Made by a program: the position numbers and the translations under genes. Positions 30,048 to 40,731 of a stretch of DNA of 64,000 nucleotides are shown here, piece after piece (position 1 is the stretch's first letter; each line of letters opens with the position of its first letter). Source of the DNA: Arcobacteraceae bacterium (GTDB lineage: Bacteria; Campylobacterota; Campylobacteria; Campylobacterales; Arcobacteraceae); contig OY759974.1 of NCBI GenBank assembly GCA_963662945.1, positions 2,144,001 to 2,208,000 of the forward strand. The letters run 5' to 3'. The notes below the pieces were generated by a model that saw nothing but the letters and a program-made list of their open reading frames with translations, was not told the DNA's origin and ran no database searches.

Positions 30048-31865
30048 TTACCAACAATAAACTCTATTTCTACCTGTTTCTTTTGCTTGATATAAACCTT
30101 TATCTGCTTTTTCTAAAATCATTTCAAAAGTTTCAAAATCATTTTTTGCACAACTTAGACCAAAAGATGCAGTTACATTTTTTACTTCTGGAAAAGTATG
30201 CATTTCTATAGCTTTTCTTATTTTTTCTGCAATTTTTTGAGCAGTTAGTATATCTGTATTCGTTGTTACTAATACAAATTCTTCTCCTCCCCATCGAGCA
30301 AAAATATCGTATTCTCTAATTTGTTTTTTTACTATAGTAGCTAGTTCTTTAAGAACTTCATCTCCTACACCATGACCATAAGTGTCATTTATATTTTTAA
30401 ACTTATCTATATCTATCATCATCACACACATAGAACTTGTAAAAGGATTGATATCTTTTAGTCTTTCTTCTAAAGCTCTTCGATTGAGTATTTTTGTAAG
30501 AGAATCTATTTCTGCTTTATTTTTTAATGTTATGTTTATTTTTTTTAGTTCTATTTGTTTTTTTTGTAAAATAGTTAAAAGATAATTAAAAAATTTTGCT
30601 ACAAGTCCAACTTCTGTTCCTCTTTCTTCATGTATTTTACTTTGAATATTCCCTGTTTTCATAATCTTTACAATACTTTCAATAGTATCTACCCAAGGAA
30701 GTTTTGCATTATGTTCACTTACATTTAAACCTAATACTTCATGTCTTTTTCGTACTCTTAAAAGACCTATTTTTGCTAAGAAAAGAAAAAAAGCTATACC
30801 AATAAAAAAAGCAAAAACAAAAGCCGTAGAGATACCAAGAGTTTGTACTAAAATATACTCTATACGAGTTTGTCCTTCTTGAAGTGGTGCAAAAATACCA
30901 ACAGCTAATGTTCCCCAGATACCTGCAAATCCATGAACTCCAACAACACTTAAAGGGTCATCTATTTTAAACTTCTTTAAGATAAGTTGGTCAAAAAAGA
31001 ACATAATAAAAGCTGACATTAAACCAACAAAAGCTGAAATATGTGTTGTAAATTGATCACAACCAGCCGTAATACCTACAAGACCTGCAATAAGACCAAA
31101 TGAGAAAATTTCTACACCAACTTTATCTTTATTGATAAGACTTATGAGCCATCCTCCAAGTCCACCAAAGGCAGCTGCAATAGTTGTATTTAAAAGAATT
31201 GTAGTTACGAGTGGGTCAAATTTGAGTAAACTTCCTGCATTAAATCCAAACCAAGCAAAAAAAAGTATAAAAACACCAAACACAATGAAGTTATGATTAC
31301 TTGGGGCAAAATAATTTATACGACCATGTTTAAATTTTCCTAATCTTGGACCTAATATTAATGCCCCAGCTAATCCAATCCAAGCACCAATGGAGTGTAC
31401 AACTGTAGAACCTGCAAAATCTTTAAAACCTAGATTTTGAAGCCATCCATTTTCTCCCCAAGCCCAATGTCCAAAAATAGGGTAAATAAAAGAAGTAACA
31501 ATAATTGCAACTACAATATAAGCATTAAACTTCATTCTTTCAGCAACAGCACCCGATACGATTGTTATGGCAGTTGCTGCAAACATTGCTTGAAAAAAGA
31601 AAAAGCCATTTTCATTTAAGTTTGTTCCCTCAATTGCAAAATTACTAAAACCAATAATTCCACCAATATCAGTACCAAACATCAGTCCAAAACCAATAAG
31701 CCAAAAAAAGATAAGACTAAATACTGTATCAATGAGGTTTTTCATAGCTACATTGATAGTATTTTTTGATCTTACTGTTCCAGTTTCAATAAGTGCAAAA
31801 CCAAGTTGCATCATAAACACCAAAAATGCACAAAGCAGTATCCAAAGTAAATCAATATTTTCCAT
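30048..31865 (-). CDS. Ammonium transporter (Amt) fused to a GGDEF diguanylate cyclase
   Basis: FMMQLGFALIETG, DFAGSTVVH, WFGFNAGS, DDPLSVVGVHG; C-terminal DIDKFK...REYD...GGEEF. Confidence 0.92.
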   Translation of the reverse strand: MENIDLLWILLCAFLVFMMQLGFALIETGTVRSKNTINVAMKNLIDTVFSLIFFWLIGFGLMFGTDIGGIIGFSNFAIEGTNLNENGFFFFQAMFAATAITIVSGAVAERMKFNAYIVVAIIVTSFIYPIFGHWAWGENGWLQNLGFKDFAGSTVVHSIGAWIGLAGALILGPRLGKFKHGRINYFAPSNHNFIVFGVFILFFAWFGFNAGSLLKFDPLVTTILLNTTIAAAFGGLGGWLISLINKDKVGVEIFSFGLIAGLVGITAGCDQFTTHISAFVGLMSAFIMFFFDQLILKKFKIDDPLSVVGVHGFAGIWGTLAVGIFAPLQEGQTRIEYILVQTLGISTAFVFAFFIGIAFFLFLAKIGLLRVRKRHEVLGLNVSEHNAKLPWVDTIESIVKIMKTGNIQSKIHEERGTEVGLVAKFFNYLLTILQKKQIELKKINITLKNKAEIDSLTKILNRRALEERLKDINPFTSSMCVMMIDIDKFKNINDTYGHGVGDEVLKELATIVKKQIREYDIFARWGGEEFVLVTTNTDILTAQKIAEKIRKAIEMHTFPEVKNVTASFGLSCAKNDFETFEMILEKADKGLYQAKETGRNRVYCW

Positions 31866-31954
31866 GAGTATTTTATGTCCTAAAGTTATTTTTTTATTCT
31901 AGCACATAAAATAGTTGAAGAGTTTATAGGGATTATATACTTTTTATACAATAT

Positions 31955-34564
31955 TTATTGTTTTACTATTTCTTGAAGTTTTGAAATATTTAAAAGTGTC
32001 AAAAGTTTATGTCCATGTACATCTTTTGGTGGTTGGACTATACTTTCTCCTATCATACCACCACTTATGAGATGATTTTCAAATGGTTTGATGTATTGTG
32101 TAGGTATTTTCATAATTTCACCTAATCTATCTACAACAACTCCAATAGTGTGTTTTCCATCTGAACCCTCATAATTAACAATAATAATATCATTCTTTTT
32201 GCTCTCTTTGTCATTTTTAATAAAAGAACTTATATCTAATACACTCACAAAATATTCTTTATGTGATATCGTCCCTTTAAAATGATTTTCGATTTCTGTA
32301 CTAATAGGAGTTTCTAGATGTTCTAGCCCTACTGCTTCTATAACTTGCTTTTGTGGTACTCCAACCCATTTTTCACCAATATAAAAAGTTGCTATTTCTT
32401 GTACAGTTTCATTTTGCTCTATAGGATACGTGTAATAATGATTTTCTATCGCTTGTGTTGTTGTTATATTATTATTTGATATATTCCCAGCTTCTATAAA
32501 TACAAGAGCAATAATATCATTTACATAATCATCATTTTCACTTTTGTATTCTCTATATCCATTAGAACAAGAGCTACCTACAATATAATATTTATTTTCA
32601 AATTCTATAATTTGTGAAGTAGATTCACCATGGTGTAGATTGAAAAAAGAATCATTGATATTTAAAATATCACCAATTGTATAATTGCTATTTGAACAAC
32701 TTACTATGGTTTTTGATTTTTTTTCAACAAAGAATGAAAACATTTTATCATCAACCTTTGGGAGAGCATCTTTTAACATATCTTGGAATTGCGGTGTACT
32801 ATCAAATACAATTCCAATACCACCAACACTTTGGTTACTTTCTACACTTGTGATGCTTGCACCATAAATATAACTATGTTTTCCATTATATAGAGGTGTA
32901 GCTTCAAATGGTGAAACTGAATATTTAGATGAGTTTTCCAAATGTAAAGTTTTGTTTATCCAGTCATTTGTTAGTTGTTTTCCAACAAGGTGCGTTTCAT
33001 TTTCATTAGAAACTGCGAGGATGATTCCATTTTTATCATAGATAAAAAGATTTGTATAGACTGTATAAAGATCGTTAATATATTTTAAGATACTCGATAT
33101 TTGTTCTTTTTGTATATCAGAAATTGATTCATTTTGAGAAAGTATCTCTTTAAATGTACTTGTTAATGCCCACCATCTACAATCATTGGCTCGCTCATAA
33201 AGATTTCTATCCATAATATCAATAGAAAGTGATGATAAAAATACCGCACTATCTAGAAGTGAAAGAATAATAGTTTCATTGAGTTGTTCTATTGAAGTGT
33301 TAAATGATTTTTTTGTATTTTCACCAGTTTGTCTTACTTCCCGTAAAATAGATCGTGCAAAATCTGCTCCACCTAAACTACTATTTTCATCTGTTTGAGA
33401 TACATTACCATTCCAAACTGCACGGTCTAATTCATCTTGAATAGTTGTTGCTTTGATTGGAATTGCTAACATCTCTTTTTTAAAAATATCTTCATTATTC
33501 ATAATTGATTGAAGAATAGGTGCTTCTATTTCTATATTTTTATCATTTTCATGAAAAGCACTACTAAGTGGTATCATAATATGACCAAGCCATCCTAATC
33601 CAAAAAAACCTTCATAACCATTAGTTTTACAAGTTTTAATAAGATAATCACGTCCTGCAAAAGAGGTTATAGCAAATGGTTGTTCTAATTCTATTTGGAG
33701 TTTTGCACCAATTGGTATATGATAAACATCACTTGAAGCAATAGAAACACCATCACTATCTAATAATAAAATAGTTTCTTTATTCTCTTTTGCAACTAAT
33801 CGTGCAAAAACACCTTCCATCTCATTTTCAAATTTAAAACAAAGAGAGAGAAAACCAATAATTTCATCACTCTCATTTGTTTTTGTTACTTTGTATGTAT
33901 ATACTAAAGATTTTTGATGATTTGGTAAAAAGTCATGATATTTAAATGTTTCAACGTATTCATCATTTGTATTGAGTGCTTCATTGATAATAGAATCATT
34001 TGTTTTTGTAAGAGTATTTGAATCATCTAGTTTTGCAACAATATTCCCCTGCGTATCAAATAAGACAATATCGTAATAGACACTATATTTAGCTACATAT
34101 TCTTGAAATCTATTTTTAATAGAAATGAGGTCTTCTTTATAAGTTTTTTTAGCAATTCTGAAATTTGTATCATCTTCATCATCTTTATGTATTTCGATTT
34201 GTTCAATAGTTTTTGGAAGTTTTAGTAAAAATTTTCGTATATCATCATCTGTTGCTAAAAATCCAATATCCGCTGTTCTTTCAAAAAGATTTCTTATTAC
34301 TATGTCAACTGCAACTTGTGCTTTAGACTTCATTTCATTTATGACTTTATTTAACGTTGCATCTGCAAGATGAGATATAAGTTCATTTGTTAAATTATTA
34401 AAATTTGTTTTTGTTTGACTCATATCAATACCAGTAGAACCTAATTGACTCAAGAGAATAAGTTGATCCCAGGTTTTACTTATATCATTGAGTTCTGTTT
34501 TAAATTCTGTAACATTTTGCATATATTTAAGAAGTTCTTGAAACTTATTTGATTTTGAATCCAT
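31955..34564 (-). CDS. Soluble protein with two Cache-like repeats and a C-terminal CheW domain
   Basis: Repeats RNLFERTADIGFLATD and RNLYERANDCRWWALT, each followed by Y.VY...(L/I)(F/Y)D..G; C-terminal ATFYIG...IGVVVDRLGEI; no TM. Confidence 0.75.
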   Translation of the reverse strand: MDSKSNKFQELLKYMQNVTEFKTELNDISKTWDQLILLSQLGSTGIDMSQTKTNFNNLTNELISHLADATLNKVINEMKSKAQVAVDIVIRNLFERTADIGFLATDDDIRKFLLKLPKTIEQIEIHKDDEDDTNFRIAKKTYKEDLISIKNRFQEYVAKYSVYYDIVLFDTQGNIVAKLDDSNTLTKTNDSIINEALNTNDEYVETFKYHDFLPNHQKSLVYTYKVTKTNESDEIIGFLSLCFKFENEMEGVFARLVAKENKETILLLDSDGVSIASSDVYHIPIGAKLQIELEQPFAITSFAGRDYLIKTCKTNGYEGFFGLGWLGHIMIPLSSAFHENDKNIEIEAPILQSIMNNEDIFKKEMLAIPIKATTIQDELDRAVWNGNVSQTDENSSLGGADFARSILREVRQTGENTKKSFNTSIEQLNETIILSLLDSAVFLSSLSIDIMDRNLYERANDCRWWALTSTFKEILSQNESISDIQKEQISSILKYINDLYTVYTNLFIYDKNGIILAVSNENETHLVGKQLTNDWINKTLHLENSSKYSVSPFEATPLYNGKHSYIYGASITSVESNQSVGGIGIVFDSTPQFQDMLKDALPKVDDKMFSFFVEKKSKTIVSCSNSNYTIGDILNINDSFFNLHHGESTSQIIEFENKYYIVGSSCSNGYREYKSENDDYVNDIIALVFIEAGNISNNNITTTQAIENHYYTYPIEQNETVQEIATFYIGEKWVGVPQKQVIEAVGLEHLETPISTEIENHFKGTISHKEYFVSVLDISSFIKNDKESKKNDIIIVNYEGSDGKHTIGVVVDRLGEIMKIPTQYIKPFENHLISGGMIGESIVQPPKDVHGHKLLTLLNISKLQEIVKQ

Positions 34565-34684
34565 ATCTTAACCTTTGGTTTATCTATATAAGGGAAGATT
34601 ATATCATAGTTGAGTCTTAAATAAGTCTCAAAACATAAATAATATATAATAACTTATATAAAATATATACAATTATATGTTTAT

Positions 34685-34984
34685 TTAGTGTTTTTTATAT
34701 TTTTTTGTTAATCTTGCAAAATCATAAAAATCACTTAGCATTAGATAACGAATTTGTATGTCATCAAACTTTTGCAATAGTGGCGAAAAACCTTCATGAA
34801 AAAGTCTTACATCATTGATAAATTCTTTTGGATATTCTAATTTCTCTTCTTTAAGTTTGCCAAAACAGGTCATAAATTCAAGAAATAATTTATTGACAAG
34901 TTTTTCTTTTTCTGGAGTTTGTTCCTGTAAAAACCCACTAAGTTTTTCAAACTCTACACATATTTTTGTTAAACAATCATTCAT
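34685..34984 (-). CDS. Hypothetical protein (99 aa)
   Basis: ORF fills the intergenic gap with protein-like composition. Confidence 0.6.
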   Translation of the reverse strand: MNDCLTKICVEFEKLSGFLQEQTPEKEKLVNKLFLEFMTCFGKLKEEKLEYPKEFINDVRLFHEGFSPLLQKFDDIQIRYLMLSDFYDFARLTKKYKKH

Positions 34985-35139
34985 TTATAGTTCTTTTTAT
35001 TAATTTCAAAGAGGACATATTCATTTTTTATACCAAGTGATTAATTACAGTGTTGTAATAGAGTTGATATAAGTTTAAGTTAATTTTAATTTAGAAAGTA
35101 ATATTCTTGAGTTATTTTAAAATTTACGGGAAGAAGTTT

Positions 35140-35952
35140 ATGAAATGGCTAATTATTTTTATTATTTGTAGTTCATTATTTGCCAAAGATGTCATACGAT
35201 TTTCTCCTTTACCTATGGAAAGTGCCTCTAAAACCTTAGAGATATTTAAACCATTTATAGAATATTTAGAAAAAAAAAGTGGAAAAAAAGTTAAATTAGT
35301 TTACCGTGCTACAAATCTAGAGATAATAAAAGGACTTAAAAATAAAGAGATAGATTTAGCACATTTTGGTCCATTACCTTATGTTATTTTAACCAAAGAG
35401 TATAAAGATATTGTTCCTATTGCACAATTTCTTGAAAAGAATGGTAAAAATAGCTATACCTGTACTTTATTTAAAAGAAAAGATACAAAAATAGATCTAC
35501 ATAAGATTCAAAATAAAAAATTTGCACTGACACATAAATATTCAACTTGTGGATATGTTTTTGTTGAAGATATGTTGAAAAAATATGATAGTTCTTTAAC
35601 AAATAATGAATTCAAATATTTAGGCTCTCATTATACAGCAATTGCTGATGTTGTTACAGGAGATTATGATATTGGAGGTGTGAAAACATCCATATATGAT
35701 CAATTTAAATATTTAGATGTTGAAGCTATCGGAATAGGAGAGGAAAATCCAAGTTTAATGTTGGTTGCAAATACAGCAACACTTAGTAAAGAAGAGATTA
35801 TTCAATTTCAGACAATCATTACATCTGCTACAAAAAAAGATAAGAAGGATTGGGATGTAAAAATTAATAGTGCAGCAAAAATACCAGACATTCAAGCTTT
35901 ATTACAGTATCAAAAAAGAGTAGAAAATATTGAGATAGAAGATGAAAAATAA
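35140..35952 (+). CDS. PhnD-like (phosphate/phosphonate-type) periplasmic binding protein
   Basis: Signal peptide MKWLIIF, IDLAHFGPLPYV, FALT..YSTCGY, YLGSH. Confidence 0.75.
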   Translation: MKWLIIFIICSSLFAKDVIRFSPLPMESASKTLEIFKPFIEYLEKKSGKKVKLVYRATNLEIIKGLKNKEIDLAHFGPLPYVILTKEYKDIVPIAQFLEKNGKNSYTCTLFKRKDTKIDLHKIQNKKFALTHKYSTCGYVFVEDMLKKYDSSLTNNEFKYLGSHYTAIADVVTGDYDIGGVKTSIYDQFKYLDVEAIGIGEENPSLMLVANTATLSKEEIIQFQTIITSATKKDKKDWDVKINSAAKIPDIQALLQYQKRVENIEIEDEK

Positions 35953-37816
35953 AAGATCGTTAATTAGTCTTATTTTAGTTCCTATTACTTTAGTTTCTAT
36001 TGTAATTATTTTTATTACTTATGAAACATTTAGTCATTATTTACAAAAAGAATATGAAAAACAACATTTATCCAAAATAGAACAAGATGCACAAAGACTT
36101 TTTTTAATTATGAAAAGTAGATATACAAATATAATATTTCAATCTATTGATGATAAAGAATATTATATAAGATTGGTACAAGCTTTAAAAGTAGATTTGC
36201 AAAGAGATTTAAAAAATGAACTATCTTATTTAAAATATGATGGATATATTTATGATATAAATACTGATTCTATGATTGAATTATATATGCAAAATAATTT
36301 TATCCATATGAAAAATGATTCAAACATAAAAAAAGCTTCTATAGTATCAACACAAGAGGGCGATTTTATAGTTAAACAAATAGAATTTAAACCTTTTAAG
36401 TGGGTAGTTGTAATTTCTAAAAATACTGATGACTTACAGCGAGATATAGAAGAAAACTTGCTTATTACACTTCTTTTTATGATTATAATGCTCTTTTTTA
36501 TTATTTTGATTTTTTTATTAGTATTTAACAAATACATAAAAAAAGATATTGTAAAAATTATAAACCATTTTAAAAATAAATTGGTAAATAATCAATATGA
36601 ATTATTACAAGTAGATATGGTTTCTCAAGAAACACAAGAACTTGAAGATGGATTGAATAGTGCAATTTTAGAAATAGAAAAATATGCTAAGCAATTAGAA
36701 ATTGCAAATCAAAATCAAGATATATTGTTATCATTATTTGATAATGGAGATACAGTTTTAGTCAAATGGAATAATGATCAAAACTGGAGTGTTAAATATA
36801 TTTCAAAAAGTATTTCAATTTTATTAGGGTATAAACAAGAAGAATTTTTAGAACATAAAATATCTTATAAAGATTGTATATATAAGGATGATTTGGATTA
36901 TGTAGAATTTGGTGTTAAAAAATCTTTGTCAAAAAAATTTAGATTTTTTAAATCAGAACCATTTAGATTAGTAACTAAAAATGGGAAACTCAAATGGGTT
37001 ATTAGTCATTCTATACCTGTAAAAGATAAAAAAGGAATTGTAAGTCATTTTGTAAGTCACATATCAGATATTACTTATTTAAGAGAAAAAGAAGTAATAG
37101 TTTCACAACAATCTAAATTGGCTTCAATGGGTGAAATGATAGGAAATATTGCCCATCAATGGAGACAGCCATTATCGATTATTTCAACAGGTGCTACTGG
37201 TATGCTAATGCAAAAAGAACTCTCTGCACTTAATGATGAAAGTTTTGAACAAACTTGTAATATGATAAATGAAAATGCACAATATCTGTCTAAAACTATA
37301 GATGATTTTAGAAATTTTATAAAAGGCGACAGAGTTAAAGAAAAGTTTACTATTGAACGAAGTATAAATCGTTTATTGAGTTTACTGGATGGTTCCATTA
37401 AGCATCATAATTTGACAGTGATTGTTGATATAGATAAAACAATTGAAATAGATAGTTATGAAAATGAACTGACACAATGTTTGATGAATATATTTAATAA
37501 TGCAAAAGATGCATTGAAAGAAAATAATAAAGAGAATGATAGATTAATTTTTATAAGAGTGAAAAGAAAAGACAATTTTGCCATTATAAAAATAAGAGAT
37601 AATGGAGGAGGAATACCAGAAGAAATTTTGCCAAAGATTTTTGAACCATACTTTACTACAAAACATAAAAGCCAAGGTACTGGACTAGGACTGCATATGA
37701 CTTATAATTTAATAGTATCAGGATTACAAGGTACAATTGAAGCTAAAAATGTTAAGTTTAAATATCAAAATACTATGTACAAAGGTGCAGAATTTAAAAT
37801 TGTATTAAAAATTTAA
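35942..37816 (+). CDS. Membrane PAS sensor histidine kinase
   Basis: [16 protein letters not shown]-box, [26 protein letters not shown]. Confidence 0.92.
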   Translation: MKNKRSLISLILVPITLVSIVIIFITYETFSHYLQKEYEKQHLSKIEQDAQRLFLIMKSRYTNIIFQSIDDKEYYIRLVQALKVDLQRDLKNELSYLKYDGYIYDINTDSMIELYMQNNFIHMKNDSNIKKASIVSTQEGDFIVKQIEFKPFKWVVVISKNTDDLQRDIEENLLITLLFMIIMLFFIILIFLLVFNKYIKKDIVKIINHFKNKLVNNQYELLQVDMVSQETQELEDGLNSAILEIEKYAKQLEIANQNQDILLSLFDNGDTVLVKWNNDQNWSVKYISKSISILLGYKQEEFLEHKISYKDCIYKDDLDYVEFGVKKSLSKKFRFFKSEPFRLVTKNGKLKWVISHSIPVKDKKGIVSHFVSHISDITYLREKEVIVSQQSKLASMGEMIGNIAHQWRQPLSIISTGATGMLMQKELSALNDESFEQTCNMINENAQYLSKTIDDFRNFIKGDRVKEKFTIERSINRLLSLLDGSIKHHNLTVIVDIDKTIEIDSYENELTQCLMNIFNNAKDALKENNKENDRLIFIRVKRKDNFAIIKIRDNGGGIPEEILPKIFEPYFTTKHKSQGTGLGLHMTYNLIVSGLQGTIEAKNVKFKYQNTMYKGAEFKIVLKI

Positions 37817-38244
37817 TGAATACTTTGACAAGAGTCACTACTTTGACAAGTTGGTACTGAAATTCTTTCGCAAATATTTGTGTTAAGTAATTTATTTATT
37901 TTTTCTATATCAAATCCACATAAATAACTACTGCCAATTTGAAGAAGAGGTCTTTTAATTAAAATAGGCTCTTGACACATTCTCTCAATCAGTTCTTCTT
38001 TTGTAAAGTCTTCTATTTTTAATTCATTATTTTTTATTTTAGGTGCAAATTGATTTACCATGGCACTTTTGTTTAAGCCTTGAAAAAAAGGTTCTAACGT
38101 TTCTTTTGTCCATGGAGTATCAAGCAGGCTTTTTGTTTGATAAGAAAGACCATTTTTTTCTAAAACTTGTTTTTGTCTTTGGTTTCCAGAACAACCTGTT
38201 TTTTCATAAAAAACTATAGTGTACTTATTTGGTATAAATTGCAT
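37813..38244 (-). CDS. ArsC/Spx-family protein, nitrogenase-associated subtype
   Basis: FYEKTGCSGNQRQK..L, PWTKETL, APKIK, PILIKRPL, GFD. The N-terminus fits the nitrogenase-associated ArsC-like group (recalled motif FYEKPGCxxNxRQK). Confidence 0.7.
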   Translation of the reverse strand: MQFIPNKYTIVFYEKTGCSGNQRQKQVLEKNGLSYQTKSLLDTPWTKETLEPFFQGLNKSAMVNQFAPKIKNNELKIEDFTKEELIERMCQEPILIKRPLLQIGSSYLCGFDIEKINKLLNTNICERISVPTCQSSDSCQSIH

Positions 38245-38252
38245 TTTTTTCC

Positions 38253-38822
38253 TTAATTCATATATGGTATATCTAATGTAGCATCTCTATCACTAGCACT
38301 GAAATCATAACTATCATCAGTATTGAGTTTTGACAAATTTTTTTCGACCATTTTGATTTGAAGTATATGATAGTTACTTTTTTCAATGTTATATTGTATT
38401 TGTGTTTTGTAATAACTTAAAATAATTGGATGAATTTTATCTTGATTTTCAAGCAATTTTTCTAAAAAACTTTTTATTTTAGAGATATCATATTCATCAA
38501 TTTTTTTTAACTTTCGTAATAAATTTCTTACAAATTGTTTTTGGTGGTATTGTTCGCTAATAGTTAAAAGTTTTGAAGCAGCATAGATATCTGCTACAGT
38601 TTCAGAATAATTATAAAGATATCGAAAGTGTTCACAAACTATCTCTATATATTTTGGATAGTGTTTCAGTACAAAAACAAGCTCTTTTAAGTCTCCATCC
38701 ATCAACACTTGGAATAAAGTTGCAGTTCTTTTTTGTATCTTTTCCCAGTGACCACTACCCTCCGTAGTATTTAAATCACCTAAAAATCGTTCATAATTTT
38801 CTAAATCATATTCTTCTTCCAT
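38253..38822 (-). CDS. Hypothetical protein (189 aa)
   Basis: Start moved to ATG 38822 because the TTG at 38837 lies inside the promoter. Confidence 0.7.
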   Translation of the reverse strand: MEEEYDLENYERFLGDLNTTEGSGHWEKIQKRTATLFQVLMDGDLKELVFVLKHYPKYIEIVCEHFRYLYNYSETVADIYAASKLLTISEQYHQKQFVRNLLRKLKKIDEYDISKIKSFLEKLLENQDKIHPIILSYYKTQIQYNIEKSNYHILQIKMVEKNLSKLNTDDSYDFSASDRDATLDIPYMN

Positions 38823-38832
38823 ACCGTAAATA

Positions 38833-38848
38833 TGCAAGAAGTGTACCT
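38833..38848 (-). promoter_or_regulatory. Sigma54 (-24/-12) promoter
   Basis: Minus strand AGGTACACTTCTTGCA. Confidence 0.75.
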
Positions 38849-38862
38849 ATATTAAATAAAAT

Positions 38863-40731
38863 TTATAGGGAATAAATAGTTGTTTGATTTCTCCCATTAT
38901 TTTTTGATTCATATAGAGCTATATCAGCTTTTTTGATTAAAGTTTCTTCTGTATCATCAGTAGTAAATTGACCAATACCTAAACTAATCGTTTTTTGTCC
39001 TATTTTGTCAAAATTATAATTTGCAACCTCATTTCTGAGCTTTTCAGCTAAAATAAATGCTTGGTCTTTATTAGTTTCTGGACAAATAATAAGAAACTCC
39101 TCTCCTCCAAATCGTCCAAAAACATCTGATTCTCTTATAAGGTTTGTTATTAATTTTGTAATTTTAAAGAGTACTTTATCTCCCATTTGATGTCCATAGT
39201 TATCATTAACATCTTTAAAATGATCAATATCTACAATGATAAGTGAAAGATTTTTAGAATATCTTTTAGTTACAGACAATTCATATGCTAAAAATTCATC
39301 AAGTTTTCTTCTGTTTAAAATACCTGTAAGTTTATCTATTGAAGAGAGTTTCTCTAACTCTTTTTTAAAAGTGATATCTTGACCAACAGATACAAAAGAC
39401 TCTATCTCTTGGTTTTCATTTCTAATAACTATGATATTTTGTTCTAACCAAAATTCAGTTCCATCTTTCTTTTTATTGTGTAGTTCTCCACTCCAGTTAT
39501 CATTATCTAAAAGAAAGTTCCACATTTTTTTGAAAAATTCTTTTTTTGTTTTTTCATGTCTGATAATATTCATAGGTTGCCCCACAAGTTCTTCTTTACT
39601 GTATCCGCTTGCATTTTCAAAAGCAGTGCTAACTTCTAGTATCTTTGTATCTTTTGTTGTTTTAGCACTTACAACATATTTGTCCAAAATTGAAGCAAAT
39701 CGCTCTAATTCTTTATTTGCCAATAAAAGTGCTTTTTGTAATTGTGCTGGGCGAACGGAAGCGTAAAATGCCATAATAAGACTAGCTAAAATACTTAATA
39801 GTATAATATAAAATGTTGCTTTTAACTTATCAAATAATATTGCACCCTGGTATGATTCTCTTGGTTTTAGTACCATTAGTGCCTTATCTTCATTATTTAA
39901 AATATCATTTAAAGGATAAACATAACAAGAATCACATTTAGTAGGATTGGATAATAACTGGATGGCATCTTTAGAAAAATCTTGACTAAGTGTTCTTGAA
40001 ACACCTTTATATTTATTAAATGAAAATTGATCATCAGGATGCATAATATAGTTACCATCTTTATCAATAATAAAATGATCAAAAGCAGATGAACTACGAA
40101 TTGAGTTAAATAAGTTTGTTGTGAGCATATTTACTATAACCATACCTATAAATTCATTGTTTTTATCAAAAAGAGGTTGTGCAACTCTTAGTGTTGGTCG
40201 ATATGGAACTTCAATTTTTCCATGTTCAACATTTAAATTGAATTTTGAGTGCCATATTGTAGATTTTTTTAGTTGTGAGACTTGTTCAAAATAATCTCTA
40301 TTTTTTTTATTTTGTAGTTTTGTAGTTTCTACTAAAAAAGGTTCATTTTGTTCATTTGTTCTATCAACTCTTACTATTTCCATCCCATTTTTATCTATAT
40401 ATCTTAGTTGCATAATTTTTGTATTAATACCAGCTATTGATAAAAATATATTGTTGAGCTCATAAAGTTGATGCTGGTCTTTTGTTTCTAGATAGCTTTT
40501 CATTGTAGGATTTTTAGCTATACTTTTTACAATATTATCAATATCTTTAATTTTCTCTTTAAGTATAGTAAATTTTTTGATAATCATCACTTCATTAGCT
40601 TTATTGTCTAAATCAGTTTTAAGACTTCGTAGTTGAATGTTATAACTGATAATACCACCAAAAATAGATACTATCATCCCAAAGAGTATAAAATAGATTG
40701 TAAATACAGTTTTAAAATTTTTTTGAGTCAT
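38863..40731 (-). CDS. Diguanylate cyclase (dCache-PAS-GGDEF)
   Basis: TM, MQLRYIDKNGMEIVRVD, PAS (SGYSKEELVG...WSGELHN), RESD I-site, GGEEF. Confidence 0.9.
   Translation of the reverse strand: MTQKNFKTVFTIYFILFGMIVSIFGGIISYNIQLRSLKTDLDNKANEVMIIKKFTILKEKIKDIDNIVKSIAKNPTMKSYLETKDQHQLYELNNIFLSIAGINTKIMQLRYIDKNGMEIVRVDRTNEQNEPFLVETTKLQNKKNRDYFEQVSQLKKSTIWHSKFNLNVEHGKIEVPYRPTLRVAQPLFDKNNEFIGMVIVNMLTTNLFNSIRSSSAFDHFIIDKDGNYIMHPDDQFSFNKYKGVSRTLSQDFSKDAIQLLSNPTKCDSCYVYPLNDILNNEDKALMVLKPRESYQGAILFDKLKATFYIILLSILASLIMAFYASVRPAQLQKALLLANKELERFASILDKYVVSAKTTKDTKILEVSTAFENASGYSKEELVGQPMNIIRHEKTKKEFFKKMWNFLLDNDNWSGELHNKKKDGTEFWLEQNIIVIRNENQEIESFVSVGQDITFKKELEKLSSIDKLTGILNRRKLDEFLAYELSVTKRYSKNLSLIIVDIDHFKDVNDNYGHQMGDKVLFKITKLITNLIRESDVFGRFGGEEFLIICPETNKDQAFILAEKLRNEVANYNFDKIGQKTISLGIGQFTTDDTEETLIKKADIALYESKNNGRNQTTIYSL

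Noticed and set aside
34610-34631. TTGAGTCTTAAATAAGTCTCAA repeat (similar at 24431-24445)
   Set aside because: Could be an operator, but TTAAG-type periodic elements precede many -10 boxes in this window; not distinguishable by eye
34685-34984. 99-aa protein as CowN
   Set aside because: Size fits, but it lacks the CowN motifs I recall (DRY.SF..ID, C-terminal EEEC)
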